From: an uncultured virus (IMG/VR IMGVR_UViG_3300031335_000002)
Lineage: Duplodnaviria > Heunggongvirae > Uroviricota > Caudoviricetes
DNA: 20,000 bases
IMG/VR virus record: IMGVR_UViG_3300031335_000002
Reading direction: 5' to 3' (one strand)
Below are positions 8,717 to 16,886 of this stretch, piece after piece (the first letter of the stretch is position 1; each line of letters opens with the position of its first letter). The notes beneath the pieces were generated by a model. It saw only the letters and a program-made list of their open reading frames with translations, was not told the DNA's origin and searched no databases. The position numbers and the translations under genes are program-made.

Positions 8717-9364
8717 TCACCCTTGGTCAAAAGGGATTTCGTCATCAAGATCTTTTGGTGTAGTCTTTTTACTCTTTGGTGCTGCTCGACCCTTCTTTGG
8801 TTGGGCGTCAGCTTTCTCTAGTGCCTTAGAACCAACATCACCATCTTCGTCACCATCTGGATCAACAACCTTCATAGAGTTGACGTGCTCAAACTCTTCT
8901 TTAGGCCGAGGTACATAGCGGTGAAGCTCTTTAACAGAGAGACCAAGAAAGTAATGAACGTGTTTAGTCACACCATCGTGCGTGTATTCTCGTGTGAAGA
9001 TACGAACATCACCAATCGATCCATTACCAACGATCTTAGGATCGCTGAAGGCCTCTCCTGTATCACCGCGAAGGATCTCAGGCGGGCTGGATTCTTGGCC
9101 GTTTGCCTTAAACTGGTTACGACGAAGCTTCCAACGATAGAAAAGAATAGTCGACTCTTCATCGTCTTTGTCTTCTCGAACAGCTTTTACATGTTTAGTA
9201 GCGTTATACTCTTTACGCCACTTATTGGCCTCTGCCTTGTCCTCTGTTCGCAGTTCGACTTCCCAACCCATACGAGGATTACCATCGTTATCGTCTCCGA
9301 TTTTGACAGGGTTGTTAGGGTCAGCCTTCAACCAGAAAATGGTAGCATCTTTGATAATTGCCAT
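8717..9364 (-). CDS. Single-stranded DNA-binding protein (T7 gp2.5-like)
   Basis: Position in the replication module, VGNGS motif, acidic C-terminal tail DLDDEIPF. Confidence 0.75.
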   Translation of the reverse strand: MAIIKDATIFWLKADPNNPVKIGDDNDGNPRMGWEVELRTEDKAEANKWRKEYNATKHVKAVREDKDDEESTILFYRWKLRRNQFKANGQESSPPEILRGDTGEAFSDPKIVGNGSIGDVRIFTREYTHDGVTKHVHYFLGLSVKELHRYVPRPKEEFEHVNSMKVVDPDGDEDGDVGSKALEKADAQPKKGRAAPKSKKTTPKDLDDEIPFDQG

Positions 9365-9437
9365 GTTTTATTACATCCTGTGTTTCGAGAGCTTATAAAT
9401 TTTGCTCTCTTATAGTGCGCACTTAGCGCTGTCCTCT

Positions 9438-9456
9438 TCTTTAACGTCACCTAATT
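9438..9456 (-). promoter_or_regulatory. Candidate phage RNA polymerase promoter AATTAGGTGACGTTAAAGA upstream of the SSB gene
   Basis: Intergenic, directly after a stop codon; SP6-promoter-like; second copy at 7981-7999. Confidence 0.65.
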
Positions 9457-9723
9457 TTATGTTACAGGCCAAGCAACTAGAATACGTCCTTCTCTTCTTT
9501 CTGGGTGTATGTAAGGTATAGCACCCCAGAAGAGTATATCACAAAATTCTGATCGCTCAAATGCTTTCAAAAGTTTAGCGTGCTGGTTAGCGGTTGTTAG
9601 TTCTACTGCAACATAGTCTTTTTTAGAGTGGGGAGGTAAAAAGAGTCCAACGTAGACTAGCTTAAGATCCTCGCATATTTCTTTCAGTTCGTCAAGTAGC
9701 TCATCTAATTCTTCTTTTCTCAT
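9457..9723 (-). CDS. Hypothetical protein
   Basis: 88-aa ORF with GAAAGGA RBS. Confidence 0.7.
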   Translation of the reverse strand: MRKEELDELLDELKEICEDLKLVYVGLFLPPHSKKDYVAVELTTANQHAKLLKAFERSEFCDILFWGAIPYIHPERREGRILVAWPVT

Positions 9724-9752
9724 CTTTTCCTTTCAACCAGTGCTGAGCGTCG

Positions 9753-10154
9753 TCAAACGGGTCGATGAAGACACTGCCTAACTGCAACTGTAGGCCACAA
9801 TCCAAACGGAATTGCGACAAGTTTCTCTCTTGAGTCGGACTCTGGATCATAGGTGACCATCCCAACGATAGCTCCTTCAATATCAGCCCTCCCTATTACT
9901 TTGAACAGACAAACAGCATCTTTAGGTAAAGTACCTTGGAATGCACCCGGTGCTTTTATCCAGAACATCATACCCTTAAAAACTATGGTAGGCTCTACAC
10001 AGGGATCTAGGCTGTAAATTGCTATTATTTCAGACTCCAGTTCTTCAATGCGTTCAAGCAAAGCAATATGAATATAATCCGCACAACCAAGAGACCTTAA
10101 CTTCTCAATTCGTTCTCTTGATATATTTACTTTTACTTTATTATGCAAAGGCAT
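9753..10154 (-). CDS. Hypothetical protein (start uncertain)
   Basis: 133-aa ORF overlapping the RNA polymerase stop. Confidence 0.6.
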   Translation of the reverse strand: MPLHNKVKVNISRERIEKLRSLGCADYIHIALLERIEELESEIIAIYSLDPCVEPTIVFKGMMFWIKAPGAFQGTLPKDAVCLFKVIGRADIEGAIVGMVTYDPESDSREKLVAIPFGLWPTVAVRQCLHRPV

Positions 10155-11535
10155 AGTCTGATTCCTCTATTTTGCTAAGATCTAGTTTGCCTCTTTCTGG
10201 CATTAGATCTAAAGAGTTAAGTTCTTCTAAGATCTCTCTAAGAGGATCTATTTCATGTAGCCGTCTAAACGTTTTGCGTACCCTGTAGAAGAGATCTTCC
10301 ATATGGGCGGCATGACAACCGAAAGAGTCATGTACCACAACAACTGAAAATGAGCAATCATGTACAGTATGGGCCAAGTGTGCAGCATCCAACGAATGTA
10401 CGATGTTTGGTGCAGCCCCTGTTTTTTGCTTGCTTTCGTTAAGAGTACTCTCTTCCCAAACTTGAATTTGGACCCACAGAGTTTTGGGTCCATGTTGTAG
10501 GCGTACGCGTACAGCCTTTGCTTTTCGATACTCTTGTACCACTGGAAACCCAGTAGTTGGTGTATGCCATGTGAGCGGCTTATTTTCTTCATTTGCTCTC
10601 TCCGCAAGGGTTTCAAACAGCCTGAGCATTCTAGCTGGGCCTTTTAGTTCATCATAACAGGTACGATATACTAAGTCTCCTAACATTATACCCCAGAGAT
10701 AGTCCTTGTCTCTCAGATAATCGCTAATACCTCTGGTGTCCTCAATTACTTGTTGACCCATACCGTAGGGGGTACCGCCATAACCGAGTGTCATAGTATT
10801 TCTCTTGACGCTTGATCTCCTCTGTTTCTTAGTTAATTTGAGCCAATAGACAGGGAATAGCTTTTCTCTAAGATCCCTATTACTCTGTTTCCATTTCATA
10901 AGATTCTTATAGGCAATTTCCTTACGATCTGACCCAAGAGGAGCTTCAGAGTACTTCTTTTGCAGCTCTATACCCTTACTTTGCACAGCACTAAATCTAT
11001 TTACTACTTTCTTAGGTAGTTTGCTACGCATGTCTTCTAACCTAGACCATACCTTATCAGCAATGAACATGTATACATCGCCGGGGGTAGCTTGAGGTAC
11101 AAGATTGACAAGAGGCGCAACCTCTTCATCACGGGACATAGCAGCAAGGTGTTGAACACCATTGTTACTACCGTCTATGAAGACCGGTAGGCAAGACGGG
11201 AAATCTTCTGATTCTTCACCTCGCTTTTCCCACGCAGTCAAGGCTTCAATTTCAAAGCAAGAGGCTAAGAAAGAGAAAGGTTTATCAGCTTTCATCCATC
11301 CACGATGAGAAAGCGGATCGCGCGCGTAATCTTTAATATAATGCAAGTTATCTTCTACCCATTCAACTCTTTCTTTTAGCGGTATCTTGTCTTCTCCCCA
11401 TACATTTGCAGCATAGGTGTATAACCACTTTTGGCCGTTAGGACCTAGCGGGACTGGTTCGTCCAGCATTAGGATACCGCGAGCGTTATCTGAAGACTGT
11501 TCATGTAAGAATGCCGTGTTGGGGTAAATCCTACC
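10141..11535 (-). CDS. T7-type single-subunit RNA polymerase, exon 2 (464 aa)
   Basis: Begins GRIYP; motif A DGSNNGVQH, motif B RSSVKRNTMTLGYGG, APNIVHSLDAAHL, motif C VHDSFG, C-terminal YAFA (T7: FAFA). Confidence 0.95.
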   Translation of the reverse strand, partial: GRIYPNTAFLHEQSSDNARGILMLDEPVPLGPNGQKWLYTYAANVWGEDKIPLKERVEWVEDNLHYIKDYARDPLSHRGWMKADKPFSFLASCFEIEALTAWEKRGEESEDFPSCLPVFIDGSNNGVQHLAAMSRDEEVAPLVNLVPQATPGDVYMFIADKVWSRLEDMRSKLPKKVVNRFSAVQSKGIELQKKYSEAPLGSDRKEIAYKNLMKWKQSNRDLREKLFPVYWLKLTKKQRRSSVKRNTMTLGYGGTPYGMGQQVIEDTRGISDYLRDKDYLWGIMLGDLVYRTCYDELKGPARMLRLFETLAERANEENKPLTWHTPTTGFPVVQEYRKAKAVRVRLQHGPKTLWVQIQVWEESTLNESKQKTGAAPNIVHSLDAAHLAHTVHDCSFSVVVVHDSFGCHAAHMEDLFYRVRKTFRRLHEIDPLREILEELNSLDLMPERGKLDLSKIEESDYAFA

Positions 11536-12256
11536 CATATTGTTCGCAGAAGATCGTTAGTCTTCTACCGTAACATGCGACCAAGTTTTTCCAGCCCTTA
11601 TTTGTTTTATGCACCACTCCGTGACATTGAGCTTCTTTGCAAGAGCTTTCCTCTTCATATTAGGCCTCTTCTTTACTTCTATCACTTCTAGCTCTGTAAG
11701 TTTCCTCATTGGGTTTTTCCTTCCATTCATCCTGTAAGAATGAAGTTGATTGTGAGAAGGAGTACATCTTTCTAGATTACAAAGGCTGTTGTTGAGTGGG
11801 TTTCCGTCTATGTGGTTAACCTGTGTCAAGCTAGGCACCTTTAAGATAAAACTATCCGCAACAAGCTGATGAACTGTTTTTGTGCATCTCTTTGATTTAT
11901 AACATAGAACTAAAGTCAGGTAACCTTTAGAGTTTTTAGTAGGCTTGAGATATTTACCTTTTTTTAACGCCATAGTTCCACTGAAGGGAACAAGAGTATC
12001 TAAAAGACGTACTTCTCCTTTATTAGATACTTGGTATACGGTTTCAAAGCCTTTAATATCTTTCCATATTCGCATGTTCTGCTCCTTATTACTAAGAAGA
12101 TCGGACTATATCATACCTATACTAGGCCTCTGCGCTTCGAGCCACTTGGCTCTACATAATAGTCTCTACACCTTCTAATTAAAAATTAGCTTGGCTCGGT
12201 ATTGTCACATTGGATGTTTACCGAATTCACAGAGTTTTACTTCCGCCATAGGATTA
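11536..12256 (-). mobile_element. Group I self-splicing intron (IA2-like, 721 nt) in the RNA polymerase gene
   Basis: 5' splice site after U with P1 CUUCCGU/GCGGAAG (U-G pair); P3 CUCUG/CAGAG; P7 elements GUAGAGACUA and GAUAUAGUCC; terminal G; P10 AAUCCUA/UAGGAUU; removal restores the in-frame sequence DFR|GRIY. Confidence 0.93.
11557..12075 (-). CDS. Intron-encoded NUMOD4-HNH homing endonuclease (I-HmuI-like architecture)
   Basis: IWKDIKGFETVYQVSNKGEV (NUMOD4), VHQLVA, VNHIDGNPLNNSLCNLE (HNH), C-terminal HTH-like LAKKLNVT...IRAGKTW. Confidence 0.92.
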   Translation of the reverse strand: MRIWKDIKGFETVYQVSNKGEVRLLDTLVPFSGTMALKKGKYLKPTKNSKGYLTLVLCYKSKRCTKTVHQLVADSFILKVPSLTQVNHIDGNPLNNSLCNLERCTPSHNQLHSYRMNGRKNPMRKLTELEVIEVKKRPNMKRKALAKKLNVTEWCIKQIRAGKTWSHVTVED

Positions 12257-13057
12257 ACGGAAGTCGAAGTTATATAAGTGGTAGAAAGTTTTATCAAGGT
12301 GGAGATTTGCAAGCTTTCGGACGGCTTCCGCTTCTATTAGCATAGACCGTTTTTTCTTGTTGTCGACCTCTCTATAATATTTGAACGGAGACTCACTATA
12401 GTCTTCGGATTTTTCCATGAAGTGTTCATAGACTGCAAAGACATCCTTGTTGATCCTCCATCCAGTGCTGCTTAGTTTATTTAGAACATAGAAAAGCACT
12501 TCCATTTCTTCGCTGGGTCTTTTAAATGGGTCAAGTTGCATGGCAGACCCTCTTTTAACAATTGGTGTGCCAGTAGTTGAATGATATGGATATCCCTTGG
12601 CCCAAGGTGCTGGGACGATATTGACAGGAAACATGTCACAATTGTCCATATCAATTGTATCAATCAGAGTCTTGAGACGTTTCCAATCTTCTGCTACAAT
12701 AACATAGGCTCTGTGCTTAGAGACCTTTGTATTTCGATTTGTCTTTTCTTTTGTGTAAGAAATCAAGCCAATGTCTATGAAACTTATTACAATAAACCAC
12801 CCAGCATGGATTTCCATAATAGAGTCTTGTGGTAGCTTGTTCTTTTGTCTTAGCCTACGACCAATAGAAGCAGATAGCTCTACCAGCGTTCCTCTTCGCT
12901 CAATTGCTCTCAGAACATGGGGGTAACTGAAGGCGATAAGGTTTTCCGCAGATAGTTTCTCTTCCGTGAGCCAGTAGGCACCATTTCTGGTGTCAAGATT
13001 TTCAAGACGGTAACTTAGGTCTTGTTCGAGGGCTTCTAGAGTTTCTGATGCTTCCAC
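12257..13057 (-). CDS. T7-type single-subunit RNA polymerase, exon 1 (267 aa, GTG start)
   Basis: AGGAGG RBS; P.PW, LNKLSSTGWRINKDV and terminal YHLYNFDFR, equivalent to T7 FPYNMDWR. Confidence 0.9.
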
Positions 13058-13073
13058 ACCGCCTCCTGTTATC

Positions 13074-13607
13074 TTACTTATGGAAGTAGTTATGAGTGTT
13101 ATCGTAAACTTTTAACCAGTTATAAATAGAATCCTTACTACATCCAAACTTTTCTGCGGCTTTAGTAGGACCTACTTTAATAGCCTCTTGACATGCTCTC
13201 ATACGAAAGGAATCATCGTAGTCTCCGACGACCTGAAGGATATCCCCAGTTTTACCGAAAGTCGGTTCCCTTAGCCTTGTAGTTCTCCAAGCAGTAGAGT
13301 TCGAAACCCCGTAACGAGCTGCAGTCCCAGAGATAGAGAAACTAAGGAGCTGATCGTTCTTGATTATGTTTTGGTTATTTCCCCAACCAGAGAAGTTAAA
13401 CCTAGGGTTTACCGATCCTTTAGTCTGATCCTGCGTCTTGGCCTTACCAGAACATGCTTTTGAAGATTTCTTCGACTGGCCTTTCACTATCACTGTTTTC
13501 GTAGGTGTGTGACAGTTTGTCGTTGATGAGTCCAACGACGACTGGGAACTGAGCGTTTTGTTTTGTGACTTCTGCCTTGCTGGCTTCAACTTTTCTAGTA
13601 GGCTCAT
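13074..13607 (-). CDS. Putative DNA-binding protein with two helix-turn-helix-like segments
   Basis: TAARYGVSNSTAWR and AAEKFGCSKDSIYNWLK; basic, low-complexity N-terminus; start uncertain. Confidence 0.6.
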   Translation of the reverse strand: MSLLEKLKPARQKSQNKTLSSQSSLDSSTTNCHTPTKTVIVKGQSKKSSKACSGKAKTQDQTKGSVNPRFNFSGWGNNQNIIKNDQLLSFSISGTAARYGVSNSTAWRTTRLREPTFGKTGDILQVVGDYDDSFRMRACQEAIKVGPTKAAEKFGCSKDSIYNWLKVYDNTHNYFHK

Positions 13608-13719
13608 AAGGAATTACTCCATTCTTAATAAATTCTTTATTGATTTCTTCAAGTTGATTTTCTCCAAGAAACATTTCATAACCGTTTCTAAGCGTAATTA
13701 CTTGATATTCGTTTTTCAT
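13444..13719 (-). CDS. Hypothetical protein
   Basis: 91-aa ORF with AAGGGG RBS; overlaps the next ORF by 164 nt. Confidence 0.5.
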   Translation of the reverse strand: MKNEYQVITLRNGYEMFLGENQLEEINKEFIKNGVIPYEPTRKVEASKAEVTKQNAQFPVVVGLINDKLSHTYENSDSERPVEEIFKSMFW

Positions 13720-13744
13720 AGCTTACCCCTTCAGATAGTTTCTC

Positions 13745-13927
13745 TTATAACCTTGGACCAAAGCCGTCTTTGTTAGATAGTATTAATAAGAACACTAGCA
13801 CTAGGCCTGTAACAACACTAGCTAGTCCAAATGTGGGGTAATCAATCCACCAAGGTGCATCGAAGTACCATACTATGGTGTAGACGGCCCAAGATAATAT
13901 GACGGAAATCCAGTAGAATATAATCAT
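13745..13927 (-). CDS. Small membrane protein (two hydrophobic segments)
   Basis: ATGA overlap with the HD gene stop, GAGG RBS, hydrophobic helices. Confidence 0.65.
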   Translation of the reverse strand: MIIFYWISVILSWAVYTIVWYFDAPWWIDYPTFGLASVVTGLVLVFLLILSNKDGFGPRL

Positions 13928-14538
13928 ACTCGATACACCTCCGATTGCATTTCCATATCACTTGTCTTTGGGTTTGATCCGAGGTCATAGTTTGATCCGT
14001 AGAATCGGAAAGCCCGTAAGATCAAAAGACCCACGTCTTGACGAACACCAAGTTTAGATGCCTGACTAAGGATGCTAGCAATCAGAGTTTGCTCCTGATC
14101 CATGCGTTCTGGTTTTATAGAAGCTTGAAAAAGAAGGCTATCAATTTGATCCAACATTCTGACAATATCTTTCTGGCGGTCTGTAACTGCTGCGGGGTAA
14201 GTAAAGCTCCTTGAACAATGGAATTCAAACCTCTTCATTTCATTAGATTCTAGATTGTCAAGAGCTTTCTTTAGTTCAGGAGATTTGTTTTTAGCATGAT
14301 GAGGTGAGTCACCTGCTGCAAACTCTGGTGCATCATGCATAATGATATACAAAACTGTTTGTAGGTCAACTTCTTTTTTAAAAAGAGACAAAAGCAGCTT
14401 CACCATACGAGCAGAATGTGCGTCTGTGAGATCTGCCGAGTTTCTGAGGCTATGCTCATGGTGTGAGTGATAACGATTTACGAAACCAGATCGCCACAAC
14501 GTGAACGTTTCTACTGCGTTTTCAATTTCTTTAGACAC
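13924..14538 (-). CDS. HD-domain phosphohydrolase (YfbR/DatZ-like deoxynucleotidase family)
   Basis: R-YH, AHS, HDAPEFAAGDSP..K..PELK and downstream LDQID follow the H...HD...E...GD...D arrangement of YfbR-like enzymes. Confidence 0.8.
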   Translation of the reverse strand: MSKEIENAVETFTLWRSGFVNRYHSHHEHSLRNSADLTDAHSARMVKLLLSLFKKEVDLQTVLYIIMHDAPEFAAGDSPHHAKNKSPELKKALDNLESNEMKRFEFHCSRSFTYPAAVTDRQKDIVRMLDQIDSLLFQASIKPERMDQEQTLIASILSQASKLGVRQDVGLLILRAFRFYGSNYDLGSNPKTSDMEMQSEVYRV

Positions 14539-14719
14539 TGTGTGTAATCCTCATACGCTTGATTGGTTTATTAAGATAGGCGCGACATTCAAAGAATTCA
14601 AGGGGATTTACCCCGCCATTTGGGCGAACTTTCATAATGTATTTAGCGACTTTACGCTCAAGACTTTCGGTGTTTGTAGCAGTAATCTCCTTAGTTTTCA
14701 GGATTTTGTTATTTGTCAT
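14531..14719 (-). CDS. Hypothetical protein
   Basis: 62-aa ORF with AGAGG RBS, overlapping the HD gene start. Confidence 0.6.
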   Translation of the reverse strand: MTNNKILKTKEITATNTESLERKVAKYIMKVRPNGGVNPLEFFECRAYLNKPIKRMRITHSV

Positions 14720-14732
14720 TATTTGCCTCTTG

Positions 14733-14775
14733 AAAAAAAATTAGGTATTTACCCCCCGCCCCGAAGGGCGAGGGG
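14733..14775 (-). terminator. Strong UUCG-capped hairpin with a delayed U8 tract (probable end of the early region)
   Basis: CCCCUCGCCC-UUCG-GGGCGGGGGG 10-bp stem, then UAAAUACCUAA, then U8. Confidence 0.6.
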
Positions 14776-14892
14776 AAAGAGACATCACTCACATTACCAG
14801 ATTTGCACGGTTTTATTAGGATTCTTGGCACATTTGTGCTAGATAGTTGTAGGTGTGGTTACGATCAAACTTCCCGATAGACACGTCATAAC

Positions 14893-15228
14893 TTATTTTA
14901 GCATCTTTTCGTTGATTTGACACAGATAGCCATAACCAAACCCTATCGGGATAGTACACATCCTTTTTAGGATTCCAGCGTCTTCGAGAGCTTTAGCAAC
15001 GCCCTCGTTTTCTGAATATTCTTTAACTAGGGCAAAAGAGCTACGCAGGGGTTTGGGAACAGCTTTTTCCATAACACCAGCTACAAAGGCTGTAGGCCTA
15101 GACCACAGTTCTCCGTCTTTGGAGATATGAATAGCTAATGAGCCATCTTCATATGTCTCAGAAACATCAACATCATACTCTCCTTTGGGAATATATTTGC
15201 TATGCAGGAACGCCTTTATTTTTGCCAT
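14893..15228 (-). CDS. Hypothetical protein (111 aa, start MAKIK)
   Basis: GGAGG RBS precedes the ATG at 15228. Confidence 0.7.
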   Translation of the reverse strand: MAKIKAFLHSKYIPKGEYDVDVSETYEDGSLAIHISKDGELWSRPTAFVAGVMEKAVPKPLRSSFALVKEYSENEGVAKALEDAGILKRMCTIPIGFGYGYLCQINEKMLK

Positions 15229-15422
15229 GTCATCCTCCGATTCCATGAGTGATGTAAAAACCTGCAATAAGCAGGGTGAATAGGGCGCTTACACCCAGTA
15301 GATCTACTAAGAAGTTCCGCATCGGAGTTTCCATCTTGGATTGTTTCATTGAATTTCTCTCTGTGCCCGTAAAGAACGGAAACAGCGTTATCTCTATAGC
15401 GTCGGTAGGGTGATTGTTCCAC
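15216..15422 (-). CDS. Hypothetical protein
   Basis: 68-aa ORF (GTG start) filling the gap; weak support. Confidence 0.35.
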   Translation of the reverse strand: MEQSPYRRYRDNAVSVLYGHREKFNETIQDGNSDAELLSRSTGCKRPIHPAYCRFLHHSWNRRMTWQK

Positions 15423-15470
15423 CCTCTTACATCCTATTCACGGTCTCTATGGTGGGAGTTGTTATCCGTA

Positions 15471-15683
15471 TCACGCTATTTGGATATCTTGTATTCCTAC
15501 ACAAGCCTTTAACATGACTTGCAGCATCTTAAACAGTCGGGGGCCGATATGGATAACCAGTAGACCGATTCCCTTCCTGATAAGACGTTTAAGGAATTTC
15601 TCTAGGGAAGGCCAGACATACTTGAAGAACAAGTACTCAACAGCTTTCTCTATCAAAACTACAAGACACCCGAAGAAGCTCAT
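15471..15683 (-). CDS. Hypothetical amphipathic/membrane protein
   Basis: GAGG RBS; 70-aa hydrophobic and basic ORF. Confidence 0.55.
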   Translation of the reverse strand: MSFFGCLVVLIEKAVEYLFFKYVWPSLEKFLKRLIRKGIGLLVIHIGPRLFKMLQVMLKACVGIQDIQIA

Positions 15684-15728
15684 TAGCTTAACCTCGGGTG
15701 TCTGTCAGAGTTTCCTTCATTGAACCTC

Positions 15729-15848
15729 TTACTTCTTTGCGCAGATTACCTCTGACACCACTAGCGCGATGGTATAGACAGCTACAATGACTGATGCAGC
15801 CATAATAGTGACTATGATTGTACAGAGGGTTGAAATGAAATTTATCAT
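15729..15848 (-). CDS. Small membrane peptide (39 aa, MINFISTL...)
   Basis: ATGA overlap with the upstream stop, AAGGTGG RBS-like sequence, one long hydrophobic segment. Confidence 0.55.
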   Translation of the reverse strand: MINFISTLCTIIVTIMAASVIVAVYTIALVVSEVICAKK

Positions 15849-16240
15849 GCCAAGACCACCTTGACAAGAAGTTTGCTCGTTTCCCATGCTGTGATCAAGA
15901 TCGACATGGGGAAGATCAGCGGCATCATCATTAGAAACACAGTCAAAACTGCGAAACCGTTTCCAGCCCAAGTAGCAAGCCCGTGAAGAGAGGGATGCTC
16001 GATGTGGGCGTCATAGAGACGAGTGATGAAACACAAGCTGAGAGTCACAACGGTTGCAACAGCCAGAGCTAGAGCCGAGCTAGCCACGCTGGCAAAGATA
16101 TCAAAAGCCATTACAACCGAGAGGTAGACTGCAACCCCCATAACACAGGCCACAGAGATTGCCATAGCTGCACGAGCAGCAGGCTTACGGCGAAGAGTGT
16201 TCCACTTGTTGCGGAACCAGAGTTTGATACGATTAATCAT
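15845..16240 (-). CDS. Membrane protein (about three hydrophobic helices)
   Basis: AAAGGA RBS; basic N-terminus followed by long hydrophobic stretches. Confidence 0.75.
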   Translation of the reverse strand: MINRIKLWFRNKWNTLRRKPAARAAMAISVACVMGVAVYLSVVMAFDIFASVASSALALAVATVVTLSLCFITRLYDAHIEHPSLHGLATWAGNGFAVLTVFLMMMPLIFPMSILITAWETSKLLVKVVLA

Positions 16241-16251
16241 TGTTGTGTCCT

Positions 16252-16557
16252 TTATTTACGAGGCTTGCGGTTGGCTTTACGCAGAGGTTTAGTCTTACGT
16301 GCTTTTTGACGAGTAGAATGAGGATCGAAAGCTTTTGCTCTCTCTCCGGCCTCTGCAGTTTTAGCAGCAACCAGTTCTTCCAGTTTGGAAGACTCATCAG
16401 TGGAAGTCGAGGCGCTTTCCTCCGCCTGAGTTTCCTCTTTAGGAGCGTCCTCTTTCGTCGTCTTGAAGAACGACTTCAGAAAGTCCAGAAGCTGGGTCTG
16501 AAACTTGATTGTTTTGTCCGTAACTTTACGAACGATTTTTTTGATGAAGTTGAACAT
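16252..16557 (-). CDS. Hypothetical protein (amphipathic N-terminus, acidic middle, basic tail)
   Basis: AAGGAG RBS. Confidence 0.75.
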   Translation of the reverse strand: MFNFIKKIVRKVTDKTIKFQTQLLDFLKSFFKTTKEDAPKEETQAEESASTSTDESSKLEELVAAKTAEAGERAKAFDPHSTRQKARKTKPLRKANRKPRK

Positions 16558-16662
16558 GTCGTGCTCCTTTTTGTATGACGACGATTGATTTTGCCCAGCA
16601 TTCTAGTGCTGACTTGTTAGTTATTTTTTGGACAGAATTTAGTTTCTGCCTTTTATCGTGGT

Positions 16663-16884
16663 TTATGCTGCTTCGGTCTTCGAGAATACAAGAACCATCA
16701 GGGTGATCAGCCCTATGATATTCTTTGCAATACCCAGCCCAAGGAGCACACCAGCAACCCACCCGAAGGTGACGCTGACTGCGAAAGCTCCGTAGATGAG
16801 GGCGATAGCGATAGTGACACTAGCGATAGTGCTGATGATGGCCATAGTCATAGTAATGCTCCTTGAGCTTAGTGTGTTTGACAT
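16663..16884 (-). CDS. Small membrane protein (73 aa, two hydrophobic helices)
   Basis: Hydrophobic ORF starting MSNTLSS just after the repeated trailer element; no clear SD. Confidence 0.6.
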   Translation of the reverse strand: MSNTLSSRSITMTMAIISTIASVTIAIALIYGAFAVSVTFGWVAGVLLGLGIAKNIIGLITLMVLVFSKTEAA

Positions 16885-16886
16885 AG

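Noticed and set aside
9365..9437. Hammerhead ribozyme or T7-like CACTATA promoter in the SSB leader
   Set aside because: A GAGAGC/GCUCUC stem followed by GAAAC is present, but the CUGAnGA core is missing; CACTATA has no repeated promoter context
10141..13057. Heterodimeric N4 RNAPII-like two-subunit polymerase
   Set aside because: The break falls inside the DxRGR motif and the gap has full group I intron structure; the apparent ATG of the second ORF ends in the intron terminal G
13924..14538. Definite Z-genome (2-aminoadenine) pathway
   Set aside because: HD family membership alone is not diagnostic, and no purZ or mazZ is visible here
16558..16662. Two short hairpins suggesting an ncRNA
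   Set aside because: Single copy with short stems and no recognisable family; chance cannot be excluded
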